Of a DNA stretch of 64,000 nucleotides, positions 35,975 through 47,469 are shown piece after piece (position 1 is the first letter of the stretch; each line of letters starts with the position of its first letter). The stretch comes from Podarcis muralis. Its lineage: Eukaryota. A model generated the notes under the pieces. It was not told where the DNA came from, did no database searches, and saw only the letters and a list, made by a program, of their open reading frames with translations. Position numbers and translations under genes: made by a program. The stretch covers positions 13,144,001 through 13,208,000 of the forward strand of contig NC_135667.1 of assembly GCF_964188315.1 (NCBI RefSeq). The letters are read 5' to 3'.

Positions 35975-36760
35975 TCAGTAGACAATTAACAGAATTGTGG
36001 AATGATCACAAGCCACAGAATCTCTGCCTGACCTCTCTGAACTCAAAATCATCTACCACTCCCATATCCTACGATAGAGAATTTGAATAGATATAACCAA
36101 TGGAATATTGTCAATATGTTAATCAACTCCAACCAACCCTGCTAACATGGTCAGTGATGATGGAAATAATAATAATAATAATAATAATAATATAGTAATA
36201 ATAATAATAAAATATAGATTCTAAACCTTCTTTGCAACTCAGCTCGTGTCTGAAGGGGGGTAATTTTTTTTAGCAAATTTGAATCTGAACTACCCCATCA
36301 GCCCCATCCATCTCACTTGCCCCTTACTCACTCACTCTGAGGTCACTTGAAGATTGCACAGAGAACTTCTTTCCACAGCTGATCCAATCTCAGTCTCAGA
36401 AGCAGCATTCTGTTTTTGCTTGATGACTTTGAACTCTCCATGCCAGATGGAAAATGGGAACAACAAAGAGGATGCTTGATTTATCCCTTCAGATCTTGGC
36501 AAGGTAAACTGGTGCTATGGGCATTCAAGAGCTGGATGATCATTGTTACAAAGGGAGTTTGTTTCCAAAGTTACCGCTCTGACATCTGGCTCTGGTGTCC
36601 CCAGTGAGGCAAAGGAAACAAACTTTGAGAACTTGCCACCATCTGCAAAGCACAGCAAATTCATCCTCATGCCCTGTTTAGATTTGATCTGAACTCACTA
36701 AACCCAGTGGAGTAGATTTGTGCACTGGATTAGCCTCCATGTTTTACAAATATTAAAGAA
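35975..36760 (-). promoter_or_regulatory. Upstream module copy 4, partial (donor GTAAGG 36327-36322)
   Basis: Distal half of the module only; CAAAGGGAGTTT at 36549-60. Confidence 0.55.
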
Positions 36761-37328
36761 ATTGTTTTGTTTCATCAGCAGTGTACACAGTGATTCACAT
36801 CATAAAAGAGAACAGGCCTCTGCCTCCAAGGAGCTTACAGACTAAAACTTGATTCAAGAAAAACAAAGGAAGGAAGGCTAGAGAAGGAAAGACAGGGGGA
36901 AACAGAGAACAAATCTTTAACTTGGGTTCAGCTACAGGATAAAACCCTAGTGGGCTTTGGACCCCCTGGCAGGCCAAGAACAACCCACAAACCAGAGCTC
37001 CCCCTGCCCCCGAGTTGGAGGAAATTTGTTTTCTGCTGCTCAGGAGAGTAGGATCCAAACCAAGGAATTCCAATTAAAAGGTGGGGGTGAGGCTTCTCTG
37101 ATGGTATGAGCTGTGCAACAGTGGAGCAGCTTTCCTTAAAAGGTACTGGACTCTTCATTAGAAGTGTTGAAATATAGGTTCATGTCTGCCTATCCCTACC
37201 AGGGATGGTTGGTTATTTATTTATTTATTTATTTAACTTTGATCCTGCCATTCCTCGAAGGACCTTAGGAAAGCTTATGTGGTTCTCCCCCCACCCTGCC
37301 CTGCCCAATTTTATCATCACAACAACCC

Positions 37329-38064
37329 TGTGAAGAGGTTTCTGCTTAGTGAAAAGGCCTCTCCTCCTTCCGGAGGGGAGGTGTTGTGGGCGGGAGACGA
37401 TTCCTGCGTCACGCAGGGGGTGTTACGCCCCCTGCCCCATCCACATGGCTGGTGCGCCATGCCCCCGGTTGAGCACCCAATCAGGCGGCTTGGGGGGGCG
37501 TGGTTTGCTGCTCAAGACGCAGCCACACCAGCCATTCAGCCCATTTGCTCACGGGTTCATCTTTCAGATCGGGGAAACGACATTTGGCTAGGTAACATCG
37601 TCAGCAGTATTAGGGATTGGTTACAGCTGTGAGGGTATTGGGGGCAAGCCTCTTGGGCTCGGGTGGCGGTTAGGCATTGGAATGTGTTGTTGGTGTGTGG
37701 TAGGGCAAGGTGTGGCCATCGCCTACCCCTTCAAATTTGGGTATTCCGTTAAAGGAATCCGGCGGTCGTGAATCCTGTCTGATGCCTGTGTGGTGGTGGG
37801 GCCATGGCATGACCCTCGGTGACATCGGGGAGAGCTCATAGTTGTATTAGCATCAACAGGCTCCCCCTACTGGTGGTTAACCCCTCTGCAGACTCACCCC
37901 TCTTTGAGTGTGTGGAGTCAAATCTTTTGTGGTCCAATGCCTAAGCCAATACCTTCTCACTTGCTGTAATTAATAAAGTTGTGGCCTTTTCTTGCCCATT
38001 AACCTTATATTCTGTGTCCATGTGTCTTTATTCCACCAAGCGGGGGTCGGGTCCTCAAACCACA
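37329..38064 (+). mobile_element. Retroelement remnant, possibly DIRS/Ngaro-type (SGNH-hydrolase C-terminus plus terminal repeat) or an LTR
   Basis: GC-rich insert splitting a host repeat. ORF 37279-37632 ends RVHLSDRGNDIWL, resembling the DGVHL block of SGNH esterases. AATAAA at about 37972; TG...CA ends; TSD not clean. Confidence 0.45.
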
Positions 38065-38534
38065 ACAACCGGTCCCATTTTACAGCTTAGTGAAAATCAG
38101 TGTGATTTTAAAGTGGTGGGAGCTTCTAGGCCTTATGAAGACTTTTTTTTGAGAGAGAGTGATGCATAGAAGGAATAAAATGAACACCATGGGATAACTT
38201 GATGTGCATGATAAGACATATAAGAACATTTATTTATTTGCTTGCAGAATGCACTGCACTTTAAGCTTCTAAGTGGGGAGGAAGGAAACTTAGTAGAGTT
38301 GCATGTGTTGAGCTGGTAATTCCACCTTCTGAATTAAACAGTGGTGAGGGTTTATGAGGCAAGCAGCAGACAGAGAAGAGGAGATTGCTCTGGCACTTTC
38401 TTATGCCGTGAACAACTTGGTGCAGATCACTGTCATGTAGAAAAATGGGTGTTATTGCACTTTTATGGACTGGATCCCGAGCTGCTGCTTCTTTCACAAT
38501 ATATATGTTAATGGCAATGTACATTGAGCAACAC

Positions 38535-38912
38535 GGGACACGGGTGGCACTGTGGTCTAAACCACTGAGCATCTTGGGCTTGCCAATTGAAAGGTCAGCG
38601 GTTCGAATCCCCACAACGGAGTGATCTCCCGTTGCTCTGCCCCAGCTCCTGCCAACCTAGCAGTTTGAAAGCACGCCACTGCAAGTAGATAAATAGGTAC
38701 TGCTGTGGTGGGAAGGTAAACAGTGTTTCCGTGCCCTCTGGTTTCCATCACAGTGTCCCATTGTGCCAGTAGCAATTTAGTCATGCTGGGCACATAACCC
38801 GGAAAGCTTTCTGTGGATAAACACCAGCTCCATTGGCCTGAAAGTGAGATGAGCACCGCAACCCCATAGTCACCTTTGACTGGACTTAAGCGTCCAGGGT
38901 ACCTTTATCTTT
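38535..38912 (+). mobile_element. Sauria SINE (older subfamily)
   Basis: Head gggacacgggtggcactgtgg, body and degenerate tail. Confidence 0.88.
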
Positions 38913-39877
38913 TATTGAGCAATAATGTATATTTGTGTACAACTACCAGTCATTGTACAACACATGGAAGATATGCACATAATCTGTTCATGAATGGGAA
39001 ATTGTGTGTACTCCTCTCCCATACATATTGGGGGACATGCATATCTCAGCTACATCTTATACATTCTCCAGACATTAGGCATACTCTCTAACAGACTTTG
39101 AGGGATGTGCATGTGTCAGACCATTTTGTACATTCTCCAGGCATAATGTGTAATGTCTGTGGTATCTTAATTTCATTATGCAAACTCTCCAGCAGGCCTC
39201 AGGTAATGTAGACATCTCAGTTTTTATTATTTCACAGCAGGGTTTTGTATTCTGGCATTGAAAAGATTTCTTCATTTCACACTGCTTAAGGACGTTAACA
39301 CCATTTAAAAAACAAGCTTACTCCATGAAACTGAGCTCAGTAGAACAATAGAGAGAGCTTATTAATAGTTCACTTAACCATCATGTACACCTTTAATATA
39401 ATTTACTTACAGGCATTTTATCCCATGTACTTGTTGAAAGGCAACTGATAATTTGTTAGATTTTTTTTTAAGGACTGCTTCTAAAATTTTATTTCACAGG
39501 AGTCTCTGAAATAAATTTATTCTGTTATAGAGCACACTAGAATTTAGTTGGAATTTACATGATCAGCTTTAATGCAAAAAAATATATGCCATTTTCAGTT
39601 AGAATTTTCCTATAATTTCAGTGTAAGTCAAGAAATGACTATTCAAGAGATAATTGAATAGAATATTTTATATGGCTGTATTTCAATTTAATCATGTAAG
39701 AGTGTGAATGTGTAGAGGCAGAAAGGGGTTGGGGAGATCAATCATAAGCAAAAGAAGCCACTGGAAAATTGTGGAGAAATTGTGTTTCCTAGTGATGTTT
39801 CCTTATTAAAACTGACCATATCTTCTCACCCTTGGTCATGCAAGGAAGACCCCAGGATGACTACCATTCTATTGATC

Positions 39878-40870
39878 TCATGTTTCCTTGCACAGGAGGC
39901 ATCTGTTGACCACCTTCTTCATAGCTGTGGTGATCTCCTTGTTCCTGAGGGTATAAATGATGGGGTTTAGGAGTGGAAAGATTATTGTGTGGAAGACAGA
40001 GACCACCTTGTCAGGAGCATATTCATCAAAGGGTCGGGCATAGATGTAGATGGCAGGGGTAAACATGAAAATGACTATGGTGATGTGCGAATAGCAAGTG
40101 GAGAGAGCCTTGCTGGCTGACTCACCAGTGGTGTTCTTCTTCAGCATGGTGAGCAAGAAGATGTAGGAAACCAAGAGGGCCACAAAGCAGACAACAGAGA
40201 TGAGGCCACTGCTGAATATCATGACCATCTCCTCAGCAAAGGAGTTGGCACAGGTGATCCTAAGAACCTGGGTGATGTCACAGAAGTAATTGTCCAATTC
40301 ATTAGGTCCACAGAATGGAAGGCGGAGTATCAGCACAACTTGGATGAGAGAGTGGACAAAGCCCCCAGCCCAAGAGGCTATCACCAGTAGGATGCACAAG
40401 CGCCGGCCCATCATAGTGGAGTAGTGCAAGGGACGGCAGATGGCAACGTAGCGGTCATAGGCCATGACTGTGAGCAGGAACATCTCAGAGGCACCCACAA
40501 AGTGGAGGAAGAAAAGCTGAGCAATGCAGCCCCAGAAAGAAATGATCTTGCGCTCAGCCAAGAAATCAACTAGCATCTTGGGGGCAGTGATGGAAGAATA
40601 CCAGATGTCCAGGAATGCCAAGTTGGCCAATAGGAAATACATGGGTGAGCTGAGATGAGGGTCACTCCGGATGGTGATGATGATCAACACATTGCTTGGC
40701 AGGACAATCATGTAGAAAGCGAGGAACAGGGCAAAGAGGAAAAGTTGGACCCCACGTTCATGAGACAGTCCTGTCAGGATGAACTCAGTCACTTGGGTGC
40801 TGTTCTTCAGACCCTCCAAGTGGGTAGACTTCAGCAACCTAAGTTTGGCCACTGCTGTGGTGTCCTCCAT
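39878..40870 (-). CDS. OR4M1: Olfactory receptor, OR4M1-like, 330 aa with extended N-terminus
   Basis: Intact ORF. LANLAFLDIWYSSITAPKM, NELDNYFCDITQVLRITCANSFAEEMVMI, STCYSHITIV and DKVVSVFHTIIFPLLNP match recalled OR4M1 motifs. Acceptor tttcctatctag (AG 40901-40900). Confidence 0.92.
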   Translation of the reverse strand: MEDTTAVAKLRLLKSTHLEGLKNSTQVTEFILTGLSHERGVQLFLFALFLAFYMIVLPSNVLIIITIRSDPHLSSPMYFLLANLAFLDIWYSSITAPKMLVDFLAERKIISFWGCIAQLFFLHFVGASEMFLLTVMAYDRYVAICRPLHYSTMMGRRLCILLVIASWAGGFVHSLIQVVLILRLPFCGPNELDNYFCDITQVLRITCANSFAEEMVMIFSSGLISVVCFVALLVSYIFLLTMLKKNTTGESASKALSTCYSHITIVIFMFTPAIYIYARPFDEYAPDKVVSVFHTIIFPLLNPIIYTLRNKEITTAMKKVVNRCLLCKET

Positions 40871-40964
40871 ACCTCAAGTGAAGTTTAAGTGATCTGCACC
40901 TAGATAGGAAAGGGGGACCAGAAAAGAAAGAAAGAGCAATGGGGAAAGAGGAGGAGATAATGAA

Positions 40965-41429
40965 GGAGCGTCTCCACCCCCATCGTTCAGTCCGGATACT
41001 GAGGTCCAGCTCCAAGGGCCTTCTGACAGTTCCCTCACTGCAAGAAGTGAAGTTACAGGGAACAATGCAGAGGGCCTTCTCAGTAGTGGCGCCCACCCTA
41101 TGGAATGCTCTCCTATCAGAGGTCAAACAAACAAACAACAACAACAAAATTTTATTTATACCCCGCCCTCCTCAGTCAGAGCTGTGCTCAGGGTGGCTAA
41201 CACCGAATATAAATTACAATAAAACATAATAGAAAAAAAAAGAAAAAGAAACAGTGAATTAAAATACAGCTTAAAATACGGCTATCTGATGTTTAGAAGA
41301 CATCTGAAGGCAGCCCTGTTTAGGGACGTTTTTAATGACTGATATCTTAATGTATTTGTTAATCTCTTGTTGGAAGCCGCCCAGAGTGGCTGGGGAAACC
41401 CAGCCAGATGGGCGGGGTATAAATAATAA

Positions 41430-41474
<45 letters not shown>

Positions 41475-41475
41475 C
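40965..41475 (+). mobile_element. L2 3' fragment, interrupted by an opposite-strand L2 tail (about 41135-41285)
   Basis: Same family as 12951-13862 (LQGT.QRAFSVVAP.LWNAL; ggcggggtataaataataaattattatt tail). Confidence 0.8.
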
Positions 41476-41897
41476 TTTGAATTAAAGAAGGGCTTCTCGG
41501 TGTCTGCTCCAGGACTCTGGAACTCCTTCCCTGGAGAAGTTAGACTGGCTCTTTCCTTCCCTGCAGGTGAAGACTTTCTTATTCCAATAGGATTTTGGTA
41601 CCTGACTGCTTTTAAGGAAAGGATGTGTGCTGTGCTGCTTTTATTATAATTTTCTGTATGTTTTAATAGATCATATATCTTTTGTTTTCTATGCAGTGAT
41701 GGGTGAGTGATTGGATCAATAAATAGACACATGAGTAGATCAATTTACCCTAGTCTTTTTACCCCCCCACACACACCACCCCATATTATGATTATGTTTA
41801 TATCCCACCTTTTTCCCTGACAGGAACTCAAGGTGACATAGAGAAGATAGGACCAGCTTTCTTTGTTCTTATTTATGTGTTCTTATGACTTAGCATA

Positions 41898-42263
41898 GGG
41901 ACGCGGGTGGCGCTGTGGGCTAAACCACAGAGCCTAGGACTTGCCGATCGCATGGTCGGCGGTTCGAATCCCCGCAGCGGGGTGCGCTCCTGTCGTTCGG
42001 TCCCAGCGCCTGCCAACCTAGCAGTTCGAAAGCACCCCCGGGTGCAAGTAGATAAATAGGGACCGCTTTATAGCGGGAAGGTAAACGGCGTTCCGTGTGC
42101 TGCTCTGGCTCGCCAGATGCAGCTTGTCACGCTGGCCACATGACCCGGAAGTGTCTGTGGACAGCGCTGGCTCCCGGCCTATAGAGTGAGATGAGCGCAC
42201 AACCCTAGAGTCTGGCAAGACTGACCCGTACGGGCAGGGGTACCTTTACCTTTACCTTTACCT
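41898..42263 (+). mobile_element. Sauria SINE, full length
   Basis: TSD ttatgacttagcata (41883-97, 42264-78). Confidence 0.95.
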
Positions 42264-45074
42264 TTATGACTTAGCATAACACAGCTTCCTTTGTTCCTTA
42301 ATTCACCAAGGACCTGATTAGGTGCCAACCACACCAAATAAACCTCATTCTCTCCTTTTTGTGGTGTTTCACCCTAGAGCTCCACTTTACATTTTCAAAC
42401 AAATCACCAATATCAGGGAAAGTAGGAGGGAGCTGGTGGCATCACTGGAGCCAACTCTTAGGGGCAGAGGTCCCTTCAGTTCCCCTCCCAAGTTGATGGG
42501 CGTTGCATCTCGTGAGTGGGGCTTACCCGGGCTCCCCCCCCCACACCATTTTATTCAAGTTGGCATCCTTGGGTGGCATTGTGTGTAGGAGGGCAGAGAA
42601 GAGCCAGTGGCGCTGAGTGTGTCTTCCTTTCATCAAAGCAGCAGCTGTGACATTAAAACAGAAAAGTATTTGTAAGCTACTCTGAGCAGCTTCCTATGGG
42701 TAGGAGCTATAAATATTTATATTAAAGTGGCAAGCCTGATATTGAGGACATCATGAAAGATGTTCTAAGTCAGCCAATCTGATCCCTTTCAGATGTAGTT
42801 GGACTATAACTCCACCTGTAGTCAAGGATGATAGAAGCTGAAAGTCTAATACCTGGAGGGCACCATGTTGGCTATTCCTGTGTTTAGCAAAGGATTTAGA
42901 CAACAGAAATTACTTCTGTGTCTTTTGTTGTCACTTAAACACAGGAGCCAAAGGTCCATCCGACTGGCAGCAGCTCTCCAGGTTTTCAGAAAGGTCCATT
43001 TTTCCTAATCCTATCTGAAGATGTCAGGGGCTGAACCTGTGACTTTCTACATGCAAACAGATGTTCTGTCACTGAGCTGCAGCGCTTCCACAAGCATGTC
43101 TCTGTCACACCCCCGTAAGAGCTCCTTCCTAAAAGCAACAACAGAGTCTTGTACAATCTTAATGGCTGACACTTTTATTATGGTATAGGCTTCCATGACT
43201 GCAGAAGCTTATGCCATAATAAATGTATCAGTCTCTAATGTGCCACAAAACTCTTGGTTGATTTTGCTCCAAGAATAATTACATGTCTATAGAGATTTAT
43301 AAAGAAGAGTTTGGATTTGATATCCCGCCTTTCACTCCCTTTAAGGAGTCTCAAAGCGGCTAACATTCTCCTTTCCCTTCCTTCCCCACAACAAACACTC
43401 TGTGAGGTGAGTGGGGCTGAGAGACTTCAAAGAAGTGTGACTGGCCCAAGGTCACCCAGCAGCTGCATGTGGAGGAGCGGAGACGCGAACCCGGTTCCCC
43501 AGATTACGAGACTACTGCTCTTAACCACTACACCACACTGGTGGGTTTTCTCACACCTCATTCCTTTTCTCAGTATTTTCTTATTTATATATTCCTTGGT
43601 GAACAGCAAATAGTTCAGCAGTGTCGTAGCATCAGTTGAAAACAGACTTATCCAACCAGGTGCCCTCTAGATGTTGCACAACTACAAGTTCCTCCATCCT
43701 GGGACATTGACTATGCTGACTGGTGCTGTTGGGAACTGGAGTCCAGCAATATCCTGGGCTGAGGAGGAATGGTCTAGAATATGGGAAGCCTGGGTTGAAT
43801 TCGCTAATTCCTAAACGACCTCACATGGGAGAGAAGAGAGCTCCCACAAACTCTTTGGACGACTCATGAAATAAATGTGAAATGAACAAATATTCTTTCA
43901 GTTTCACGGTTTCCCCAATGTTAACAATTCTGTGCTCAGTTATTTCAAAACATTCCTGGTTTAGCTTATTTAGGATGTGTTCAATACCTCAGGCAAATTG
44001 GCTGAAATAGGAACCTATTACTCTCCTCTCATTTGGTCCTTTCTCATCCATTAGTCAGCTGTTTTAACATTCTTGCTCTCTGATTTCTTTCCATCCTAAT
44101 ATCTATCGTCAGCCTTCAGTCATACCTGACTAATACACACACCATACTCACTTCTTAGCCACACATCTTTATCTGACCTACTTCAGACAAAACTCCCATT
44201 AATGAGGGGTGATCCAAGAAAAATTAAAAGCAGTATGTCCTAGCATCAATTCTGCAGAGTGCTATAGAAATAAATTTCTGAAATCAAAGAGGTATTTCTT
44301 GTTTCCTGTAGCAATCATACTCTCTGTAGGAAAAGGCATTACCTTAAAACAAAGGGCATCCTGTAAGCCTTTTATGGGGAAGAATCACTCGCAGGACTAT
44401 AGGGACTATGGATTAGCAGAGTCTGCATGGCACCTACCAGCTAAAGTGAAGCCACTTCCGTCCACCAGCACAGCATTTGCTCTACCTGAGAGAGCATCTT
44501 CTTAGCAACATATGATTTGATCTACAAAATGCAACGCCCTTAATGGGCTTGGAAGTTCTGGATCAGTTGGGGCCCAGGAGAGCATGATTGACTTCTGGGC
44601 GACATGCAGGTTGCAAGGGGAATTATTAAAAGTGCAACTTGGGTTTCCCCATGGGGTACCCAGAAGGAAAAAACTTTGAGGAAGTCCCCTGGCTGCTGAA
44701 AGTTACAGTGGGAGATGAGATAGTCAATGGGCCAGCATCCAAGAATTCCCTGTCTGATTCATTATATCATCGCAACAAACCTGTGAGGTAGGTTAGGCAG
44801 AGAAGCAGGGCCTAGCCCAAGGTCATGCAGTGTGCTTTGCAGCCAAGCAGGGATTTGAACCATGGTCTCCCAGGGCCTAACCACTATACCACACTGGCTG
44901 TCAGTATTATGTAGGGATTGAAAAATCTGTCAGTTTCAGTTTCCCTCAGTTTCTTGTTTTCCCAGTGTTAAATTCAGTTCCACACATCTCCACAGTTCAC
45001 AACCACCCCTACCCCTAAAAAAAGTCATCGCAGAAATTGGCCAGCATTTTAGTGCACATTTTCCCCATACATAC

Positions 45075-45077
<3 letters not shown>

Positions 45078-45127
<50 letters not shown>
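45078..45127 (+). repeat. (TA)n microsatellite at the Penelope insertion site
   Basis: Direct reading. Confidence 0.95.
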
Positions 45128-45129
<2 letters not shown>

Positions 45130-47031
45130 TTTCGTAGATTTTCACGGGTACAGGAATGCAGGTTTTGGTGTCCTCGGGTGTCTTCCCGTGTAAAAGTTGG
45201 GGTGTCTAGGCGACGTTTCGACGAGGTCTCACTCGTCATCTTCAGGCTGGTGCTTTCGGCTTCTTGTTACTGGAACAGAGCAGGATCTCAGTGTTTGAGT
45301 TCCTATAAATACTGTTGAGGAGGTGTGGTGTATAGCCTCCAATGTTCTGGGCAGAGAGGAAGTTCCCAGGCTAGTGTGCCTTTTCTTCTTTTGTTCCTTA
45401 ATTGCTTGAGGGATATCTTGAGTGATTTCTTGAGTGATATCCTGAGTACCACTTAGGTGGGTCATTAGGTGTGGATTAGTTGCTAAAGCCTTTGTGTCTT
45501 GACCTCTTGAACTTTGTGCAGTTCAAGAGGTCACACGGGAAGAGGTCACACGGTCATTTGGCCACACGGGAAGGAAAAACTGGACAGCTTCCTCACACAT
45601 CTCAACAGCCTACACCCCAAAATACAATTCACTATGGAAATAGAAGCCAACAACCAACTTCCCTTCCTTGACGTCCTAATCTACAAAAAACCTGATGGCT
45701 CCCTAGGACACACTATCTACCGGAAAAAAACACACACCAACCGCTACTTACATGCACAATCACACCACCACCCTGCACAAATAAACTCCGTAGCCAAGAC
45801 TCTCATCTCCAGAACCAAACGCCTGGCTGACAAAGACCACTTGACAACTGAGTTACAGAATCTCTCAAATGTGTTAATTGCCAATGGATACCAGCAAAAC
45901 AGGGTTACGAAGCTAATCCAAAAAGAAACACCCCCCAAAAACCAAGACACAGAAGAAAACAATGGCATGGCCCTCCTTCCTTATATCAAGGGCACTACAG
46001 ATAAAATTAGCAAAATCCTCCATAAACACAATATCAAAACAGCCTTTTGCGCCAACCAAAAGATAGCCAATATCCTCAGAAACCCCAAGGATAAAATCCA
46101 GTTGGAAAACCAAGGGGTCTATGAAATACCCTGCAAAGTCTGCCCAGCCACGTACATTGGACAAACAAACAGACGAATAAATGCACGTATCGCAGAACAC
46201 AAGAATGCCGTCAAAAAAGAAGAAAAAACTTCCTCTCTTTTCCAACACATGAAAGAAACAGGACACGAAATTAATTTTGCAGATTCCAAATTGCTCTCTA
46301 ACATGGAACATCACCACAAGAGAATAATCATGGAAGCCATCGAGATAGAGAAACACCCTCACAACATGAACAAGCGTGACGACACATCCCGCTTGCCAGA
46401 CATCTGGAAATTAGCCCTCCCCACAAAAACTGACACCAGATCCAGAGGCACACAGAACGCCATCACCAATCAACCACACCAAACCCAAACCCAGACCCTC
46501 TCCACAGATAAATTACAGATACCATCCAGTAGCCAAACCATGGTGGCACCTCCGGATGCTGCACCCCCCTGCAATCCCTACACAGATCTGGCTGGCACAG
46601 GCCACAAAACCACAGCTCGCCCCTATACACGAAGCCAAGCCAGAGCACAACTAAGTGCAGTACAGCCATCTTCTCAGAAAAACTCTGCACAAAGTTCAAG
46701 AGGTCAAGACACAAAGGCTTTAGCAACTAATCCACACCTAATGACCCACCTAAGTGGTACTCAGGATATCACTCAAGAAATCACTCAAGATATCCCTCAA
46801 GCAATTAAGGAACAAAAGAAGAAAAGGCACACTAGCCTGGGAACTTCCTCTCTGCCCAGAACATTGGAGGCTATACACCACACCTCCTCAACAGTATTTA
46901 TAGGAACTCAAACACTGAGATCCTGCTCTGTTCCAGTAACAAGAAGCCGAAAGCACCAGCCTGAAGATGACGAGTGAGACCTCGTCGAAACGTCGCCTAG
47001 ACACCCCAACTTTTACACGGGAAGACACCCG
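45128..47031 (+). mobile_element. Penelope-like retroelement, 5'-truncated (RT C-terminal part plus GIY-YIG endonuclease), with an inverted copy of its 3' terminal repeat at the 5' end
   Basis: ORF 45514-46977 contains VIWPHG...LNSLHPKIQFTME...LPFLDV (PLE RT thumb region) and GVYEIPC...YIGQT...RIAEH (GIY-YIG). 45175-45521 is the reverse complement of 46685-47031. Flanked on the left by (TA)n; the right end runs into an N gap. Confidence 0.93.
46953..47000 (+). ncRNA. Putative minimal type-I hammerhead ribozyme in the Penelope terminal repeat
   Basis: CTGAAGA (46961-67), extra T, 6-bp stem GACGAG/CTCGTC with TGAGAC loop, GAAA (46987-90), C, then GTC cleavage triplet (46992-94). Stem I is weak. 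An antisense copy lies at about 45206-45253. Confidence 0.6.
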
Positions 47032-47183
47032 NNNNNNNNNNNNNNNNNNNNNNNNNNNNNNNNNNNNNNNNNNNNNNNNNNNNNNNNNNNNNNNNNNNNN
47101 NNNNNNNNNNNNNNNNNNNNNNNNNNNNNNNNNNNNNNNNNNNNNNNNNNNNNNNNNNNNNNNNNNNNNNNNNNNNNNNNNNN
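47032..47183. other. Assembly gap (152 N)
   Basis: Run of N. Confidence 1.
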
Positions 47184-47469
47184 CACATTTTTAACAGTGT
47201 GTAATGTATTTTTTAACAATATGTAATGCATTTTTCTATGTTCTTTTCACCAGGAGATGCAGTTTTACACATACATTCCCCTAAAATACAATTTTGTACC
47301 CTTTTGTATAGGATTGCACCGGTACCTTTACCTTTTGCACTGGTAGTTTAAGATTTCAGCAGGAGCTGTTTGATTTGGGATTAAGATGGAATGGGAAGTA
47401 GAGTAGAGTGGTTTGCTGTTTGTTCATCTATTTCTTAATAATACAGTAATACACCCACACCCCCACACT

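Noticed and set aside
44936-45465. ORFs with poly-(IY) tracts and an ORF duplicating the Penelope C-terminus
   Set aside because: Artefacts of the (TA)n microsatellite and the inverted terminal repeat.
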